Part shown: one piece after another, positions 29,846-41,028 of the stretch
How the letters are laid out: each line of letters begins with the position of its first letter
Numbering within the stretch: position 1 is the stretch's first letter
Source: Spirochaetota bacterium
GTDB lineage: Bacteria; Spirochaetota; UBA4802; JAFGDQ01
DNA: 64,000 nucleotides
Direction of reading: 5' to 3'
Assembly: GCA_043803405.1 (NCBI GenBank)
Contig: JAZDKB010000027.1
Location: forward strand, 48,536-112,535
Program-made: the position numbers and the translations under genes
Notes under the pieces: generated by a model
What the model was told of the DNA's origin: nothing
What the model saw: the letters and a program-made list of their open reading frames with translations, nothing else
The model's database searches: none

Positions 29846-30373
29846 ATGTATATTACAGACGACAGCAGAATGCAGGGGTTAACAAAATATGCAAAGGTGC
29901 TGATAATCGCAGCAGGCATAATATTGGGATTTGTTATTTCGAGATTATTTTTTGTTCTTCCTTTTACCGCGCAGGATAATTCCATGAATCCTGATATTAA
30001 AAAAGGCGATTACGTGCTTATACTGAAGATCGGGTCTTCGAAAGAAGGCGATATTGTTCTGGTTAAAAGTAAGGTCGAAAAGGGAAGGGTGATCCTGAAA
30101 AGACTGATCGCTAAAGGGGAAAAAATAGTGGAATTAAAAGATAAAAAAATATATATAAATGAAACCGAGTTTATCCCGAAATGGAAGATATTATCGGATG
30201 ATGCCCGCATTTTTCCGGAAAGCTTCAGCAACCGGGACAACCTTTTTCCTGTGAAAGTCAATAAAGGCGAAGTCTTTGTACTAGGAGATAATTTCGATTA
30301 CAGTTTCGACAGCCGCACTTTCGGAGCAGTTGACGAGCGACTGATAATTGGAAGGGTGATTTATAAATTCTAA
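29846..30373 (+). CDS. lepB: Signal peptidase I
   Basis: One TM segment, SMNP (Ser), LKRL (Lys), VLGDN..SFDSR. Confidence 0.9.
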   Translation: MYITDDSRMQGLTKYAKVLIIAAGIILGFVISRLFFVLPFTAQDNSMNPDIKKGDYVLILKIGSSKEGDIVLVKSKVEKGRVILKRLIAKGEKIVELKDKKIYINETEFIPKWKILSDDARIFPESFSNRDNLFPVKVNKGEVFVLGDNFDYSFDSRTFGAVDERLIIGRVIYKF

Positions 30374-30375
30374 TC

Positions 30376-31938
30376 TTATTCCCACTCAATAGTGCTTGGC
30401 GGCTTAGAGGAAATATCGTATACAACCCGGTTCACGCCTTTCACTTCGTTAATAATTCTGTTGGAGATCGTCCTTAAAATATCTTCCGGAAGATACGCCC
30501 AGTCCGCTGTCATTGCATCTACCGACGTTACGCCCCTTATCGCAATTACGTTTTCGTACGTTCGCTTGTCGCCCATTACGCCGACTGACCTTACGGGCAG
30601 GAACACTGCAAATATCTGCCACAGCTTATCATAAAGCCCGGCTTCCTTTATTTCCCTAACAAGAATGTCGTCCGCGTTCTGCAGAATCTCAATGCGCTCT
30701 TTTGTAACTTCGCCGATTATCCTTATCGCAAGACCAGGTCCCGGGAAAGGATGCCTGTAAATTATTTCGTCGGGCATGCCTAGCTCTTTGCCCAGAACCC
30801 TGACCTCGTCTTTAAAAAGTTCTTTTAAAGGCTCAATTACTTTTCCGGACTTTATAAGCTTTAGAACTTCCGGCACGCGGTTGTGATGGCTTTTAATTGT
30901 ATCCGAAGGGCCTTTGGTTGAGACTGACTCTATTACATCCGGGTACAAAGTGCCCTGCGCAAGAAAATCGAATTTGCCGATTTTCCTGGCTTCGTGCATA
31001 AACACTTTTATAAATTCGCGGCCTATTATCTTTCTTTTTTCTTCAGGGTTTTCAATGCCCTTTAGCTTTCTTAAAAATGTTTCTGAAGCATCAGTATAAA
31101 TTATTTTCAAATCAAGATTTTCTTTAAATCGCTTTATTACGATGTCGGCTTCGTTTTTTCTGAGCACACCGTTGTTCACGAACACAGGGAACAGCCTGTC
31201 TCCCACTGCCTTTTTCAGAAGCACTGCCGCAACTGAGGAATCGACTCCTCCCGAAAGTCCCAAAAGAACGCTGCCATCCCCGACTTCATTTCTTATCAAG
31301 TCAATCGACTGCTTAACGAACGACTTCATCGACCAGTTGCCTTTGAATCCGCAAATATCGAACAAAAAATTTTTCAGTATTTTTTTGCCGTTAACAGTGT
31401 GGTACACTTCAGGATGGAACTGCACCCCGTAAATTTTATCTTTTGCATTTTCTATTGCCGCAACTTCCGCATTTTTTGAACCTGCAATAATTTTAAATCC
31501 AGAAGGCAGTGTTTCTACTTTATCGCCATGGCTCATCCACACGGTCTCTTTTGATTTCAGGCCTTTGAATAATAATGATTTGCCTTTAATATCTATTACA
31601 GCCCTGCCGTATTCCTTGCGGTTCGACGCAACAAGCCTGCCGTTAAACGCATCGGCAACAACATACAGGCCGTAGCATATTCCAAGAACAGGAACGCCAA
31701 GCCTGAATATGTCGGCTGAGACGCGCGGAGCGTCTTTCTCGTAAAGCGACGAAGGCCCTCCTGAAAGAATTATAGCCCCCGGCCTTTCCTGTTTAAGCTT
31801 ATCGATGGAATAATTAAACGGAACTATTTCCGCGTATACCTTTAACTCTCTTACCGATCTCGCAATAAGCTGTGTGTACTGCGAGCCGAAATCGAGTATG
31901 CAGACTTTTTCGTTTGTTTTCAAAGAGGTCTGTGTCAT
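30376..31938 (-). CDS. guaA: GMP synthase (glutamine-hydrolysing)
   Basis: LDFGSQYTQLI, GICYG, QFHPEV, SGGVDS and KPPSTIEWE. Confidence 0.98.
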   Translation of the reverse strand: MTQTSLKTNEKVCILDFGSQYTQLIARSVRELKVYAEIVPFNYSIDKLKQERPGAIILSGGPSSLYEKDAPRVSADIFRLGVPVLGICYGLYVVADAFNGRLVASNRKEYGRAVIDIKGKSLLFKGLKSKETVWMSHGDKVETLPSGFKIIAGSKNAEVAAIENAKDKIYGVQFHPEVYHTVNGKKILKNFLFDICGFKGNWSMKSFVKQSIDLIRNEVGDGSVLLGLSGGVDSSVAAVLLKKAVGDRLFPVFVNNGVLRKNEADIVIKRFKENLDLKIIYTDASETFLRKLKGIENPEEKRKIIGREFIKVFMHEARKIGKFDFLAQGTLYPDVIESVSTKGPSDTIKSHHNRVPEVLKLIKSGKVIEPLKELFKDEVRVLGKELGMPDEIIYRHPFPGPGLAIRIIGEVTKERIEILQNADDILVREIKEAGLYDKLWQIFAVFLPVRSVGVMGDKRTYENVIAIRGVTSVDAMTADWAYLPEDILRTISNRIINEVKGVNRVVYDISSKPPSTIEWE

Positions 31939-31940
31939 TA

Positions 31941-32465
31941 TTAACCTTTTAAATCATTGATATATTTAATGTAGCCTTTTGCTTTTAAGACATCGTTTTT
32001 AGCTGCAATTTTTTCCGCTGTCTTTTCCCTGTACTTAACAAGTTTTGCGGAGTAATCTTTGTTCCCTAGTGCCAGTATGCTTAAGGCAAAGAGCGCCGCA
32101 TTTGCTCCGCCTGCTTTGCCCGACGGCATCGTTGCTACAGGAATGCCAGCAGGCATCTGCGCAATTGAGAGAAGAGAGTCCAGCCCGCCAGCAATTGCAG
32201 TCTCTATTGGGACGCCTATAACAGGGAGCGTTGTATGCGAAGCAACCACGCCCGGAAGATGAGCAGCCCCGCCAGCAGCTGCAATGACTACATTAATGCC
32301 GCGATCCTTTGCAGACATTGCCCACTCTTTTGTTTTCTCCGGCGTCCTGTGCGCAGACGATATTATAATCTCAAAAGCTGCGCCGAATTCCTCCAGAATG
32401 CTGAAGCATTCCGCTATCTTCGGAAGATCGGAATCGCTGCCTAATATTATACCGATTTCGGGCAT
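31941..32465 (-). CDS. purE: N5-carboxyaminoimidazole ribonucleotide mutase
   Basis: GSDSD, SAHRTP, AGGAAHLPG and QMPAGIPVAT. Confidence 0.97.
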   Translation of the reverse strand: MPEIGIILGSDSDLPKIAECFSILEEFGAAFEIIISSAHRTPEKTKEWAMSAKDRGINVVIAAAGGAAHLPGVVASHTTLPVIGVPIETAIAGGLDSLLSIAQMPAGIPVATMPSGKAGGANAALFALSILALGNKDYSAKLVKYREKTAEKIAAKNDVLKAKGYIKYINDLKG

Positions 32466-32762
32466 ACATACCTCGCAGAAAAATTATTATTTAATTTTAA
32501 TATTATTTAAGCAGAAAGTAATTTGTCGGATATTGGATACAAACTACTTATTTTATTATATAGTTGTAAAGGATTTTATTGATTTTTAGTAAATGATTAG
32601 AGTTTACCATGTTACTATGATTTTTCGGCATTTTACCTGCATTAAGGCAAACGACCCCGGTTTTTATATACCTGATCCTCTTCCTGAGGCAATGAATATT
32701 GAGTTTTAATGACATTGCTCAGGCTTAGACATACCCTATCTTTGGCAATAATTTTTCAAAAA

Positions 32763-32796
32763 TTTTTGTTACGATCAACCTCCGTTTTACGCTTAT
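32763..32796 (+). promoter_or_regulatory. Candidate ECF promoter, type 1
   Basis: TTTTTGTTACGATCAACCTCCGTTTTACGCTTAT; both boxes repeated with identical spacing at 41863. Confidence 0.6.
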
Positions 32797-32860
32797 GAAC
32801 AAATCCTGAATGGCTTTTTGCCTATATCCAGGATTTAAAGCTATAAATGGAGGTTGTTAA

Positions 32861-35176
32861 ATGAAAACGGTAAAAAATATATTTTTGATAATTATAAGCC
32901 TGCTCCTGATATTTTCAGCATGCGGATCGGACAGCTCGGGCGAAGGAAGCAGCGCTTCCACAGACACGGATATAACCACAGTTAACGAAGCGACACCGCA
33001 GGGCGTTTCTTTAACATGCGATGTGCCCGATTTTACTTTCTATACTGTCCAAACCTCAAAGGGAGATTTTTCCAGGATTAAACCTGCGAGCCAGTCCGTA
33101 AAATTATATGGCGGCGGTATTGGCGGATATTCAAAGCCCGAAGTACCAGTGACTGTCTTTTTTCTAGCTTTCCCGAATAACGCGACAAGCCAGGACGCGA
33201 ATATCACAGTAAAGCCTGCAGGCGGCCGCATAATAAACAACCTTGCGCTTTACCCTGTGCAGAAGCCCAAATATGACCTTATTGGAGCAACCGAAGAGCA
33301 GTTCGATTATGATGAACAGATATATTCTGCTTCAGTAACAAAGGCCAGCGAGATAAAACTGAGCAAAGTGAACGGAATAGAAGACGCGAACATCTGGAAG
33401 TTAACAGTAAATCTTATGGATTATGATCCTGCGTCGAAGCAGGGGACTCTTTACGATAAAATCGACATCGATGTGTCGTTCACAGGGAACACGGATTATT
33501 ATTCGGTAAAGCGCGTTCCCAGAGACGCGAACAACGGACTCATCCCTGTTGACGATATTGACCAGTGGCTTGAAGAAGGGAAATCATCTTCTAAAAAGAT
33601 TAACGTAAAGAACGAAGCAATTCTGCAGGACGAGAATTACCGCGATCCTCGGAACGCAACAGCGACATTCGCAGGGGCACGCTTTATAATTGTAACTGAA
33701 GGCGCGTTTGTAAGCGCGGGTAACCGGCTGGCTGCTCACAAGGAGTCATTGGGCATATCGACATACGTTATTGTAACGGACGCCATTCCGGCTACCGGCG
33801 ATCTGGACGATTTTGAGCTGCGCGATTATCTTGTTAACTGCTACAACAACTGGGCAGTTCAGCCCAGATGGGTGCTTCTTATAGGAGACGCTGAATTTAT
33901 ACCGACTCATTCAGATGCAGGCAGCATTAACGGACATGACCTGGTACCGAATTCCGGCGACATGTATTACGGTCAGATTCACGGGGACGCAATGGAAATG
34001 CCTGTGTTCGGCATAGGCCGCTTTCCTATGGATACTTTAACCGAAGCGAATGTAATTGTAGATAAAATTATTGCCTACGAGACAAATCCTCCCGCAATAC
34101 CCATGATCGGAGATTCTTATTATTCAAGAATGACATTCGCGGCCGAGTTCCAGGATGTTGACGATGATCATCCTGTGGCCGACGGCCGGGCAGTGCGCAG
34201 ATTCGCGGAGACTTCGGAACACATAAGGAATTATCTTAATGATTTTCATTTCAACATAGAACGCATTTACAAAGCGTCTTCTGCTCATGATCCTCTTTAC
34301 TGGGCGGATGGAACCGAAATACCGTGGTATTTAAAAAGACCGGTTTTCGACTGGAACGGCAGCACATTTGACATTATTAACGCAGTAAATAACGGTACAT
34401 CCATACTTTATCACAGGGATCACGGCGCTTATTATGGATGGGGGACTCCAAGCTTTGAATCAAGCAATCTTTCGAGCATTACTATAACAGATAACCAGTA
34501 CCCTGCAGTGTACAGCATAAACTGCGCGAGTGGTTATTTTGATAACGAGACACAGGGGCTTTACTGGACAAGCGCATCAACTGTAACATGGTCAGAGCGA
34601 TTTATCAGGAATCAGCATGGAGCCATAGGCGTTATATGCGACACAAGATGCAGCGATACCGGAATGAATAATTATTTTGCAAAAGGGCTTTTTGACGCTA
34701 CATGGCCAGAATACCTGTCTTACGGAAGCGGTACGCCAATATGTAAGCTCGGGGATATACTTAACCATGCAAAGGGATACGTCGCTTCGTGCGGATTTGA
34801 AGATGTTGATACCAGGCAGGAAAACGTTATCTACAATCTGCTAGGAGACCCGACTGTTGAGGTCAAGTCCCAGCCGCCTATAGTAATCAGCGCCGCCGTA
34901 TCTTCATGGCTAAGCAGGTCATTGCTGACTATGAATATACCCATACCTGATCCGTCAGATCTCGCAATGATCAAAAATCCGCTTATTGCTGTCGCGGTTG
35001 AGCCCGTGACCGGCACTGTAGTAGGACGCGCAATTCTTAAAAGAGAGTCAATGAGCGCGAGCAATACTATCAGCATTCCTATCAATGAGCAAAAGCTCGG
35101 GAATTACAATAACGTGAATGTTTATCTATCTGGTTCGGATGTTAAGAGAATATCCGTTTCTGCTGAGTTTAATTAA
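32861..35176 (+). CDS. Peptidase C25 (gingipain-family) cysteine protease, lipoprotein
   Basis: Lipobox FSAC; propeptide-like region; VLLIGDA, IGRFP, HRDHG (His), SINCASG (Cys), YNLLGDP. Confidence 0.88.
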   Translation: MKTVKNIFLIIISLLLIFSACGSDSSGEGSSASTDTDITTVNEATPQGVSLTCDVPDFTFYTVQTSKGDFSRIKPASQSVKLYGGGIGGYSKPEVPVTVFFLAFPNNATSQDANITVKPAGGRIINNLALYPVQKPKYDLIGATEEQFDYDEQIYSASVTKASEIKLSKVNGIEDANIWKLTVNLMDYDPASKQGTLYDKIDIDVSFTGNTDYYSVKRVPRDANNGLIPVDDIDQWLEEGKSSSKKINVKNEAILQDENYRDPRNATATFAGARFIIVTEGAFVSAGNRLAAHKESLGISTYVIVTDAIPATGDLDDFELRDYLVNCYNNWAVQPRWVLLIGDAEFIPTHSDAGSINGHDLVPNSGDMYYGQIHGDAMEMPVFGIGRFPMDTLTEANVIVDKIIAYETNPPAIPMIGDSYYSRMTFAAEFQDVDDDHPVADGRAVRRFAETSEHIRNYLNDFHFNIERIYKASSAHDPLYWADGTEIPWYLKRPVFDWNGSTFDIINAVNNGTSILYHRDHGAYYGWGTPSFESSNLSSITITDNQYPAVYSINCASGYFDNETQGLYWTSASTVTWSERFIRNQHGAIGVICDTRCSDTGMNNYFAKGLFDATWPEYLSYGSGTPICKLGDILNHAKGYVASCGFEDVDTRQENVIYNLLGDPTVEVKSQPPIVISAAVSSWLSRSLLTMNIPIPDPSDLAMIKNPLIAVAVEPVTGTVVGRAILKRESMSASNTISIPINEQKLGNYNNVNVYLSGSDVKRISVSAEFN

Positions 35177-35200
35177 ACTTAACAATTAAAAGAGGGAAAT

Positions 35201-37576
35201 ATGAATATCGGATTATGTATTAAAAAACTGTTAAAACTTATGGCTATGGCTTTTGTTCCTGCGCTAATTTTTGCAGCATGTGGCGGAGGCAGCGGCGGTA
35301 GCGGAGGTGGATCCGGTAGCGTGCCGGTTACCTCTGTTACATTGAATAAATCGGCAATAACTATTGGAGTTGGTTCTGCAGAGACACTTACGGCGACAAT
35401 AGTGCCTTCTGAGGCGACAAATCAGAATGTGACGTGGTCAAGCAGTAATGAAACTGCAGCAACAGTATCACAGGATGGAGCTGTAACTGCAATGGCAATC
35501 GGTACTTCGAGAATAACAGTGACTACGGAGGACGGCGGTCATACCGCATTCTGCGATGTGACAGTATCTGCGATTATACCGGTTACGGGTATTACGTTAA
35601 ACAAATCAGCAACAAATATGGCAATTGGTTCTATTGAGACTCTCGTTGCAGCCATAGTTCCCACAAACGCGACAAATCAGAATGTGACGTGGTCAAGCAG
35701 TAGTGAAGCGGTTGCCACAGTATCACCGGAAGGAGTTGTAACTGCGTTGGCAATCGGCACCGCGAGAATAACAGTGACTACTGAGGATGGCAATCATATG
35801 GCCTTCTGTGATGTAACAGTCCAGGCATACAAGTATGTTGCCGCGGGGAGCGCGGGTTTGAACATACTGGATATAAGCAATCCGCTGGAACCTGCTTTGG
35901 CAGGTGTCTATAATACGGCAGGTGAAGCCATGGGTGTATGCGTGAACGGGAACTATGCCTATATGGCTGATAATACTAACGGCCTCGTGATTCTTGATAT
36001 AAGCAATCCCCTGAGCCCGGCTCTGGCAGGAGGCTATGATACGGATGGCGAGGCTTTGGGTGTATATGTGAGCGGCAGCTATGCTTATGTTGCAGATGGC
36101 ACGAATGGAATGGTGGTTGTCAACGTAAGCGATCCAGCGAATCCGGCCTTTGCGGGACACTATGATATGCCAAGCTCATATACGGCAAAGGGTGTCTGCG
36201 TAAGCGGAACTTATGCTTATCTTGCTCAAGATAACGGAGGCCTTGTTAGTATTGATGTAAGCGATCCGGCCAATCCCGCATTTGCAGACAGCTATGACAC
36301 AGGAGGCGGGGCTTTTAATGTAACAGTGAAGGATAACCTTGCTTATACGTCTTGTGGCAATATAGGGCTTATAATTCTAGATATAAGCAATCCTTTGAAC
36401 ATTGCATATACGGGTACATATGATGCATCAGCAGTAGTTTATAATGTAGCATTGAAGGGAAACCATGCCTATATGACGCTTCATACCGGACTGGTGATTG
36501 TTGATGTGAGCAATCCGGCGAGTCCCGCGTTTGCTGGCAATTGCGATACGATAAGCTATGCACGCGGCGTAAGCGTGGCCGGTAACTATGCTTATGTTGC
36601 AGATGATGATAACGGGCTGGTTGTCATAGATATAAGCGATGTATCGTCCCCTGTAATTGCAGGCAGTTATGATATGTGCAGATATTATGCTAAAGATATA
36701 ACTGTAAGCGGGAGCTATGCTTATGTAGCAAATTATATTAACGGGCTTGCCGTTATTGATATAAGCAATCCTTCGAGACCTGTGTTTACAGGCCGCTGTG
36801 ACACAATAGACCAGGCCAGAGGCATAGCCGTAAACGGAAGTTATGCCTATGTAGGTATTAATATTAATGGACTCGATATTATTGATGTTAGCGATCCTTC
36901 GGCACCCGCAGTTGTCGGCAACTACAATACTCTGTATGGCTCAGCTTCCAATGTATGCATAAGCGGCGATTATGCTTATGTGGCAGATGACAGCAACGGA
37001 CTGATGATTGTCGATATAAGCGATCCATCGGACCTTACGGGGATAACGTACAGCACGTCCACGCCACGTCATATAAATGTGATCGGTGATTATGCTTATG
37101 TGGCAAGTTATACTAATGGACTTTTAATCCTAAATGTAAGTAATCCATTGTTGCCGACAGTTGCAGGCAGCTATAATACTGCAGGCTATGCTATGTGGGC
37201 AAGCATTAGCGGCAGCTATGCCTATGTAGCTGATAATTCCAATGGTCTCGTGGTCCTTGATATAAGCGATCCGGCACATATAGCACTGGTTGGCAGCTAT
37301 GATACGCCGGGTGCTGCTATGCGAGTAAACGTGATCGGCGATTATGCTTATGTTGCAGATAGTACTAATGGGCTTCTGATCCTTGATATAAGCGATTTAT
37401 CGGACATAACACAGGCAGGCAGTTATAATACAACAGTCCAGATTTCGGGCATAAGCGTTATTGGCAACTATGCCTACATTGCTGATTACACTAACGGGCT
37501 TGTGATTGTTGACGTAAGCGATCCCTCTGCACCTGCGCTTGTATTTGAAGAAGGTAAATACAACGGTATTCAATAA
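35201..37576 (+). CDS. Lipoprotein: 2 Ig-like (Big_2) domains plus 14 LVIVD repeats
   Basis: FAACGGGSGG; two VTWSSS...VTTEDG units; repeats of YAYVAD..NGLVIxDISDP. Confidence 0.9.
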   Translation: MNIGLCIKKLLKLMAMAFVPALIFAACGGGSGGSGGGSGSVPVTSVTLNKSAITIGVGSAETLTATIVPSEATNQNVTWSSSNETAATVSQDGAVTAMAIGTSRITVTTEDGGHTAFCDVTVSAIIPVTGITLNKSATNMAIGSIETLVAAIVPTNATNQNVTWSSSSEAVATVSPEGVVTALAIGTARITVTTEDGNHMAFCDVTVQAYKYVAAGSAGLNILDISNPLEPALAGVYNTAGEAMGVCVNGNYAYMADNTNGLVILDISNPLSPALAGGYDTDGEALGVYVSGSYAYVADGTNGMVVVNVSDPANPAFAGHYDMPSSYTAKGVCVSGTYAYLAQDNGGLVSIDVSDPANPAFADSYDTGGGAFNVTVKDNLAYTSCGNIGLIILDISNPLNIAYTGTYDASAVVYNVALKGNHAYMTLHTGLVIVDVSNPASPAFAGNCDTISYARGVSVAGNYAYVADDDNGLVVIDISDVSSPVIAGSYDMCRYYAKDITVSGSYAYVANYINGLAVIDISNPSRPVFTGRCDTIDQARGIAVNGSYAYVGININGLDIIDVSDPSAPAVVGNYNTLYGSASNVCISGDYAYVADDSNGLMIVDISDPSDLTGITYSTSTPRHINVIGDYAYVASYTNGLLILNVSNPLLPTVAGSYNTAGYAMWASISGSYAYVADNSNGLVVLDISDPAHIALVGSYDTPGAAMRVNVIGDYAYVADSTNGLLILDISDLSDITQAGSYNTTVQISGISVIGNYAYIADYTNGLVIVDVSDPSAPALVFEEGKYNGIQ

Positions 37577-37611
37577 GCATTTCAGAAAATAAATTTATTA
37601 TGGATAAAACA

Positions 37612-38220
37612 ATGAAAACGAAAGTCAAACTCAATTTAACTGTATTTATCATTGCATGCCTTATGTTCGGATGCAGTCATAGCGATGACAAAGAGTCTTC
37701 ATCTTTGCCAGGTTCACCAACTCCGCCTGTCATTAGCACATTTTTTGATTATGAAACCGATAGGGAAGGATGGTATTCAGAAAACACAACAATGATGACT
37801 GTAACACATAACACAATTGCAGAGTATGTTTTTCACGGTTCTGGCTCAGTAAAAGGCGAATGCAACATAACCGGAACTGATCCGGTTGAAGCAAGGATTC
37901 TTTTCAGGAAAAACTACACAACTGCCATAGATATGACCGGATTAACGCTTCAATTCTACGTTCACATCCCGGACTCGTTGGCGGGTTTATCTTTAAAATA
38001 CGGGAGTGGGCTTCTTCTTGGGCTTGGCATCGATAGCTACACAGGTTGGGCAAAAATGGAAGGCCCGGAGATCAGCACAGCCGGATGGAATCAGTTTACG
38101 TTTACTCCTTCCGGTATCGGAGAAGAAATGGTTCGAGCCATTGCTTTTAAGATTTATAAAAATGACGGTGATGAGGCAGACTGGGCCGGGGATATTTATT
38201 TTGATTATATAAGCTGGTAA
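37612..38220 (+). CDS. Hypothetical lipoprotein, possible carbohydrate-binding beta-sandwich
   Basis: Lipobox MFGC; FDYE...GW start, GWNQFTF, GDIYFDYISW end. Confidence 0.65.
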   Translation: MKTKVKLNLTVFIIACLMFGCSHSDDKESSSLPGSPTPPVISTFFDYETDREGWYSENTTMMTVTHNTIAEYVFHGSGSVKGECNITGTDPVEARILFRKNYTTAIDMTGLTLQFYVHIPDSLAGLSLKYGSGLLLGLGIDSYTGWAKMEGPEISTAGWNQFTFTPSGIGEEMVRAIAFKIYKNDGDEADWAGDIYFDYISW

Positions 38221-38330
38221 ACAAGTTTTGCGCGGCAACAGCGGGCTCGCAAAGCAGCCCGTCTTTTAAGGCGGACAGCATAGGCTTCAGCCTGGCAAGG
38301 AATAAATATATTTATCATTTGGAAGAAACT

Positions 38331-39428
38331 ATGAAAACAAAAATTAAACTTACGGCAATCTTAATGCTTTTATCCATGCTGGCGTTTGCTGCATGCGGAG
38401 GCGGTGGAAGCGATAACGGCGGCACGCCGCCCGATGTATATACTTATACTATTGACTCAATCGGCGTTGTGGGTGATGACACTTCACTCGCGCTTGATAA
38501 CAGCGGTTATATACATATCAGTTATTATGATAAAACTAATGGCAATCTGAAATACGCTACGAACAAAAGCGGTAGCTGGATAACACAAAATGTTGATTCA
38601 CCGGATGATGTCGGTACACATACGTCCATTGCGATTGACAGCGGAGGCTACATACATATCAGTTATTGTTATAAAACTGAAACTGATGTCGATTTAAAAT
38701 ATGCCACCAATAAAAGCGGCAGCTGGAATATAACACCCTTGCATACTACGGGTGTTGCAGGCGTGTATACATCCATTGCAATTGACCAAGACGATTATGT
38801 TCATATAAATTATTTTGACGATACCAATAATCGTTTATTGTATTTCACCAATGTAAGCGGCAATTTTATCTCTCCTGAAGTTGCGGATGATTCAGGTTGT
38901 TATCTTTATATATCCAATGCCCTTGACAGCGACGATCACGTTCATATCAGCTACTGGAGCGGCCTTGCTGATTCTTTCTTAAAATACACCACGAACAAAA
39001 GCGGTACATGGGAATCTGAGACTGTAGATGACTCGACTGGTGCTGTCGGCACACATACATCCATTGCCCTGGACAGTGATGATAATGTTCATATCAGCTA
39101 TCATGACGGAATGCCTAATTATATGGTAAAATATGCAACCAATAAGAGCGGCTCATGGGTATACGAATCTCTTGATGCGGGAAGTTATGTCGGCTCCTTT
39201 ACTTCAATTGCCGTGGACAGCAGCGGTTATGTGCATATAAGCTATTTATCCGCTGGTTACGATTTAAAATACGCTACGAATAATAGCGGTGCATGGGTTT
39301 ACAAAACCATTGATTCAACAGGCGATGTCGGCTGGGACTCATCCATTGCCGTTGACGCGGGAGGCCATGTTCATATCAGTTATTATGATTTAACAAATGG
39401 CGACTTGAAATATGCATATATTCCTTAA
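38331..39428 (+). CDS. Lipoprotein with 7 HISYYD...LKYATN repeats (probable beta-propeller)
   Basis: FAACGGGGS; seven G..TSIAxDSxGxVHISY...LKYATNxSGxW units. Confidence 0.82.
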   Translation: MKTKIKLTAILMLLSMLAFAACGGGGSDNGGTPPDVYTYTIDSIGVVGDDTSLALDNSGYIHISYYDKTNGNLKYATNKSGSWITQNVDSPDDVGTHTSIAIDSGGYIHISYCYKTETDVDLKYATNKSGSWNITPLHTTGVAGVYTSIAIDQDDYVHINYFDDTNNRLLYFTNVSGNFISPEVADDSGCYLYISNALDSDDHVHISYWSGLADSFLKYTTNKSGTWESETVDDSTGAVGTHTSIALDSDDNVHISYHDGMPNYMVKYATNKSGSWVYESLDAGSYVGSFTSIAVDSSGYVHISYLSAGYDLKYATNNSGAWVYKTIDSTGDVGWDSSIAVDAGGHVHISYYDLTNGDLKYAYIP

Positions 39429-39531
39429 GTTGTTATTATTACATATATTTAGAACAAATTATATAAAACAGTGACTGACTATAGAAGATTATTTTTAAAA
39501 AAACCGGATACAATTAACACGGAGGAAAAAC

Positions 39532-40986
39532 ATGAAAACAACACTAAAACTTTCAGCAATCTTTTTTCTTTTATCCACGTTGGTTTTCGCAGCCTGTGGA
39601 GGCGGAAGCAATAGCAAGAGCGGCGGCACGGCGCCGGAAACTCCGGAGCCTCTCATCGCGGACGCGAATCTCGAAGCAAGGATACGCGCGCAGCTCCCGA
39701 CGCCGATTCCTGCAAGCCAGCAGCTTACTAAAGCTGATCTTGAGACGCTGACGGATCTTAACGCGAACGGGTACGGCCTTCCGGATGAGCAGAAGATTTC
39801 TAGCATTTCCGGGTTTGAACACTGTATTAATCTCACCGGCCTTGATCTGGGTTATAACCGTATAGCCGACATAAGCTCTCTTGCGGGCTTATCGGATTTA
39901 GAATCGCTTGAATTGTATGAGAATCAGGTAAGTAGTGTAAGCGCCCTCTCAGGATTGACAGCTTTGCAATATCTTGGATTAAGCGTTAACCAGATAAGCG
40001 ATATCAGCGCGCTTTCAGGACTGATTGCCATGAAGGAGCTTTTTCTGGGAGGCAACACAATAAATAATATAAGTGCGCTTTCGGGTTTAACTGCTATGGA
40101 AACTCTATATCTCGGAGACAACCAGATCAGCAGCATCAGCGTTATTTCCGGGCTAACTGTTTTAAGACGCCTTGATCTGGCTATAAATCAGATAACAGAT
40201 ATCAATGCGCTTTCAGGATTAACGCTTCTGGAAAATATTGATCTTTACGGCAATCAGATATCAGATATCAGCCCTCTCTCCGGCTTAACTGTTCTTAACC
40301 GTCTACGTATAAGCAGCAATCAGATAGCAGATATCAGCGCCCTTGCTGGGTTAACGAATTTAAATACACTTGAATTGACCGGCAACCAGATAAGCGATAT
40401 AAACACGCTTTCGGCATTGACGTCTCTGGACTCTCTTTACATCGGCAGCAACCTGATAAGCAACATTGATGTGCTTTCAGGAATTACTGCTTTGAGGCGT
40501 CTTTCTCTGGACAGGAATCAGATTGCAGACATAAGCGCCCTTGCAGGAATGACCACTTTAGAGCGTCTCTCCGCGTACGGCAACCAGATAATCGATATCA
40601 GCGCGCTTTCCGGCCTTTCAAATATAAATTTCATTGACCTTGGTAACAATCAGATTGTCGACATCGGCGCTCTGTCAGGGCTGACTGCTTTAACTATCAT
40701 TTATCTTGACAACAATGATATTGTAGATATCAGCGCGCTCTCGGGTTTATCTGTCTTGCAATATCTGCGCATAAACGGCAACGAAATTGTCAACATAAGC
40801 CCGCTTCAAAACCTGACTTTGCTGGCAAATCTTAATCTCAGGAACAATTCAATAACCGATATAACAGCCTTGATCAACAATACTGGTCTTGGGACAGGCG
40901 ATGCAGTTGATCTGCGAACAAATCCTTTAACCGATCCGGCTCAGGTGGAAACTCTAAGGGCCAAAGGAGTAACCGTAACATATTAA
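39532..40986 (+). CDS. Internalin-type leucine-rich-repeat lipoprotein
   Basis: FAACGGGS; cap DANLEARIR; 16 repeats of 22 aa LxxLxLxxNQISDISALSGLT. Confidence 0.92.
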   Translation: MKTTLKLSAIFFLLSTLVFAACGGGSNSKSGGTAPETPEPLIADANLEARIRAQLPTPIPASQQLTKADLETLTDLNANGYGLPDEQKISSISGFEHCINLTGLDLGYNRIADISSLAGLSDLESLELYENQVSSVSALSGLTALQYLGLSVNQISDISALSGLIAMKELFLGGNTINNISALSGLTAMETLYLGDNQISSISVISGLTVLRRLDLAINQITDINALSGLTLLENIDLYGNQISDISPLSGLTVLNRLRISSNQIADISALAGLTNLNTLELTGNQISDINTLSALTSLDSLYIGSNLISNIDVLSGITALRRLSLDRNQIADISALAGMTTLERLSAYGNQIIDISALSGLSNINFIDLGNNQIVDIGALSGLTALTIIYLDNNDIVDISALSGLSVLQYLRINGNEIVNISPLQNLTLLANLNLRNNSITDITALINNTGLGTGDAVDLRTNPLTDPAQVETLRAKGVTVTY

Positions 40987-41028
40987 ACAGAAAAATCATT
41001 AAATTTAATAACAAAAGGAGATATTTTT

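Noticed and set aside
32600..32730. Riboswitch between purE and the C25 gene (GGCAAAC; hairpin cctgaggcaatg/cattgctcagg)
   Set aside because: It lacks the remaining c-di-GMP-I or purine/ZTP riboswitch consensus; a single hairpin is insufficient
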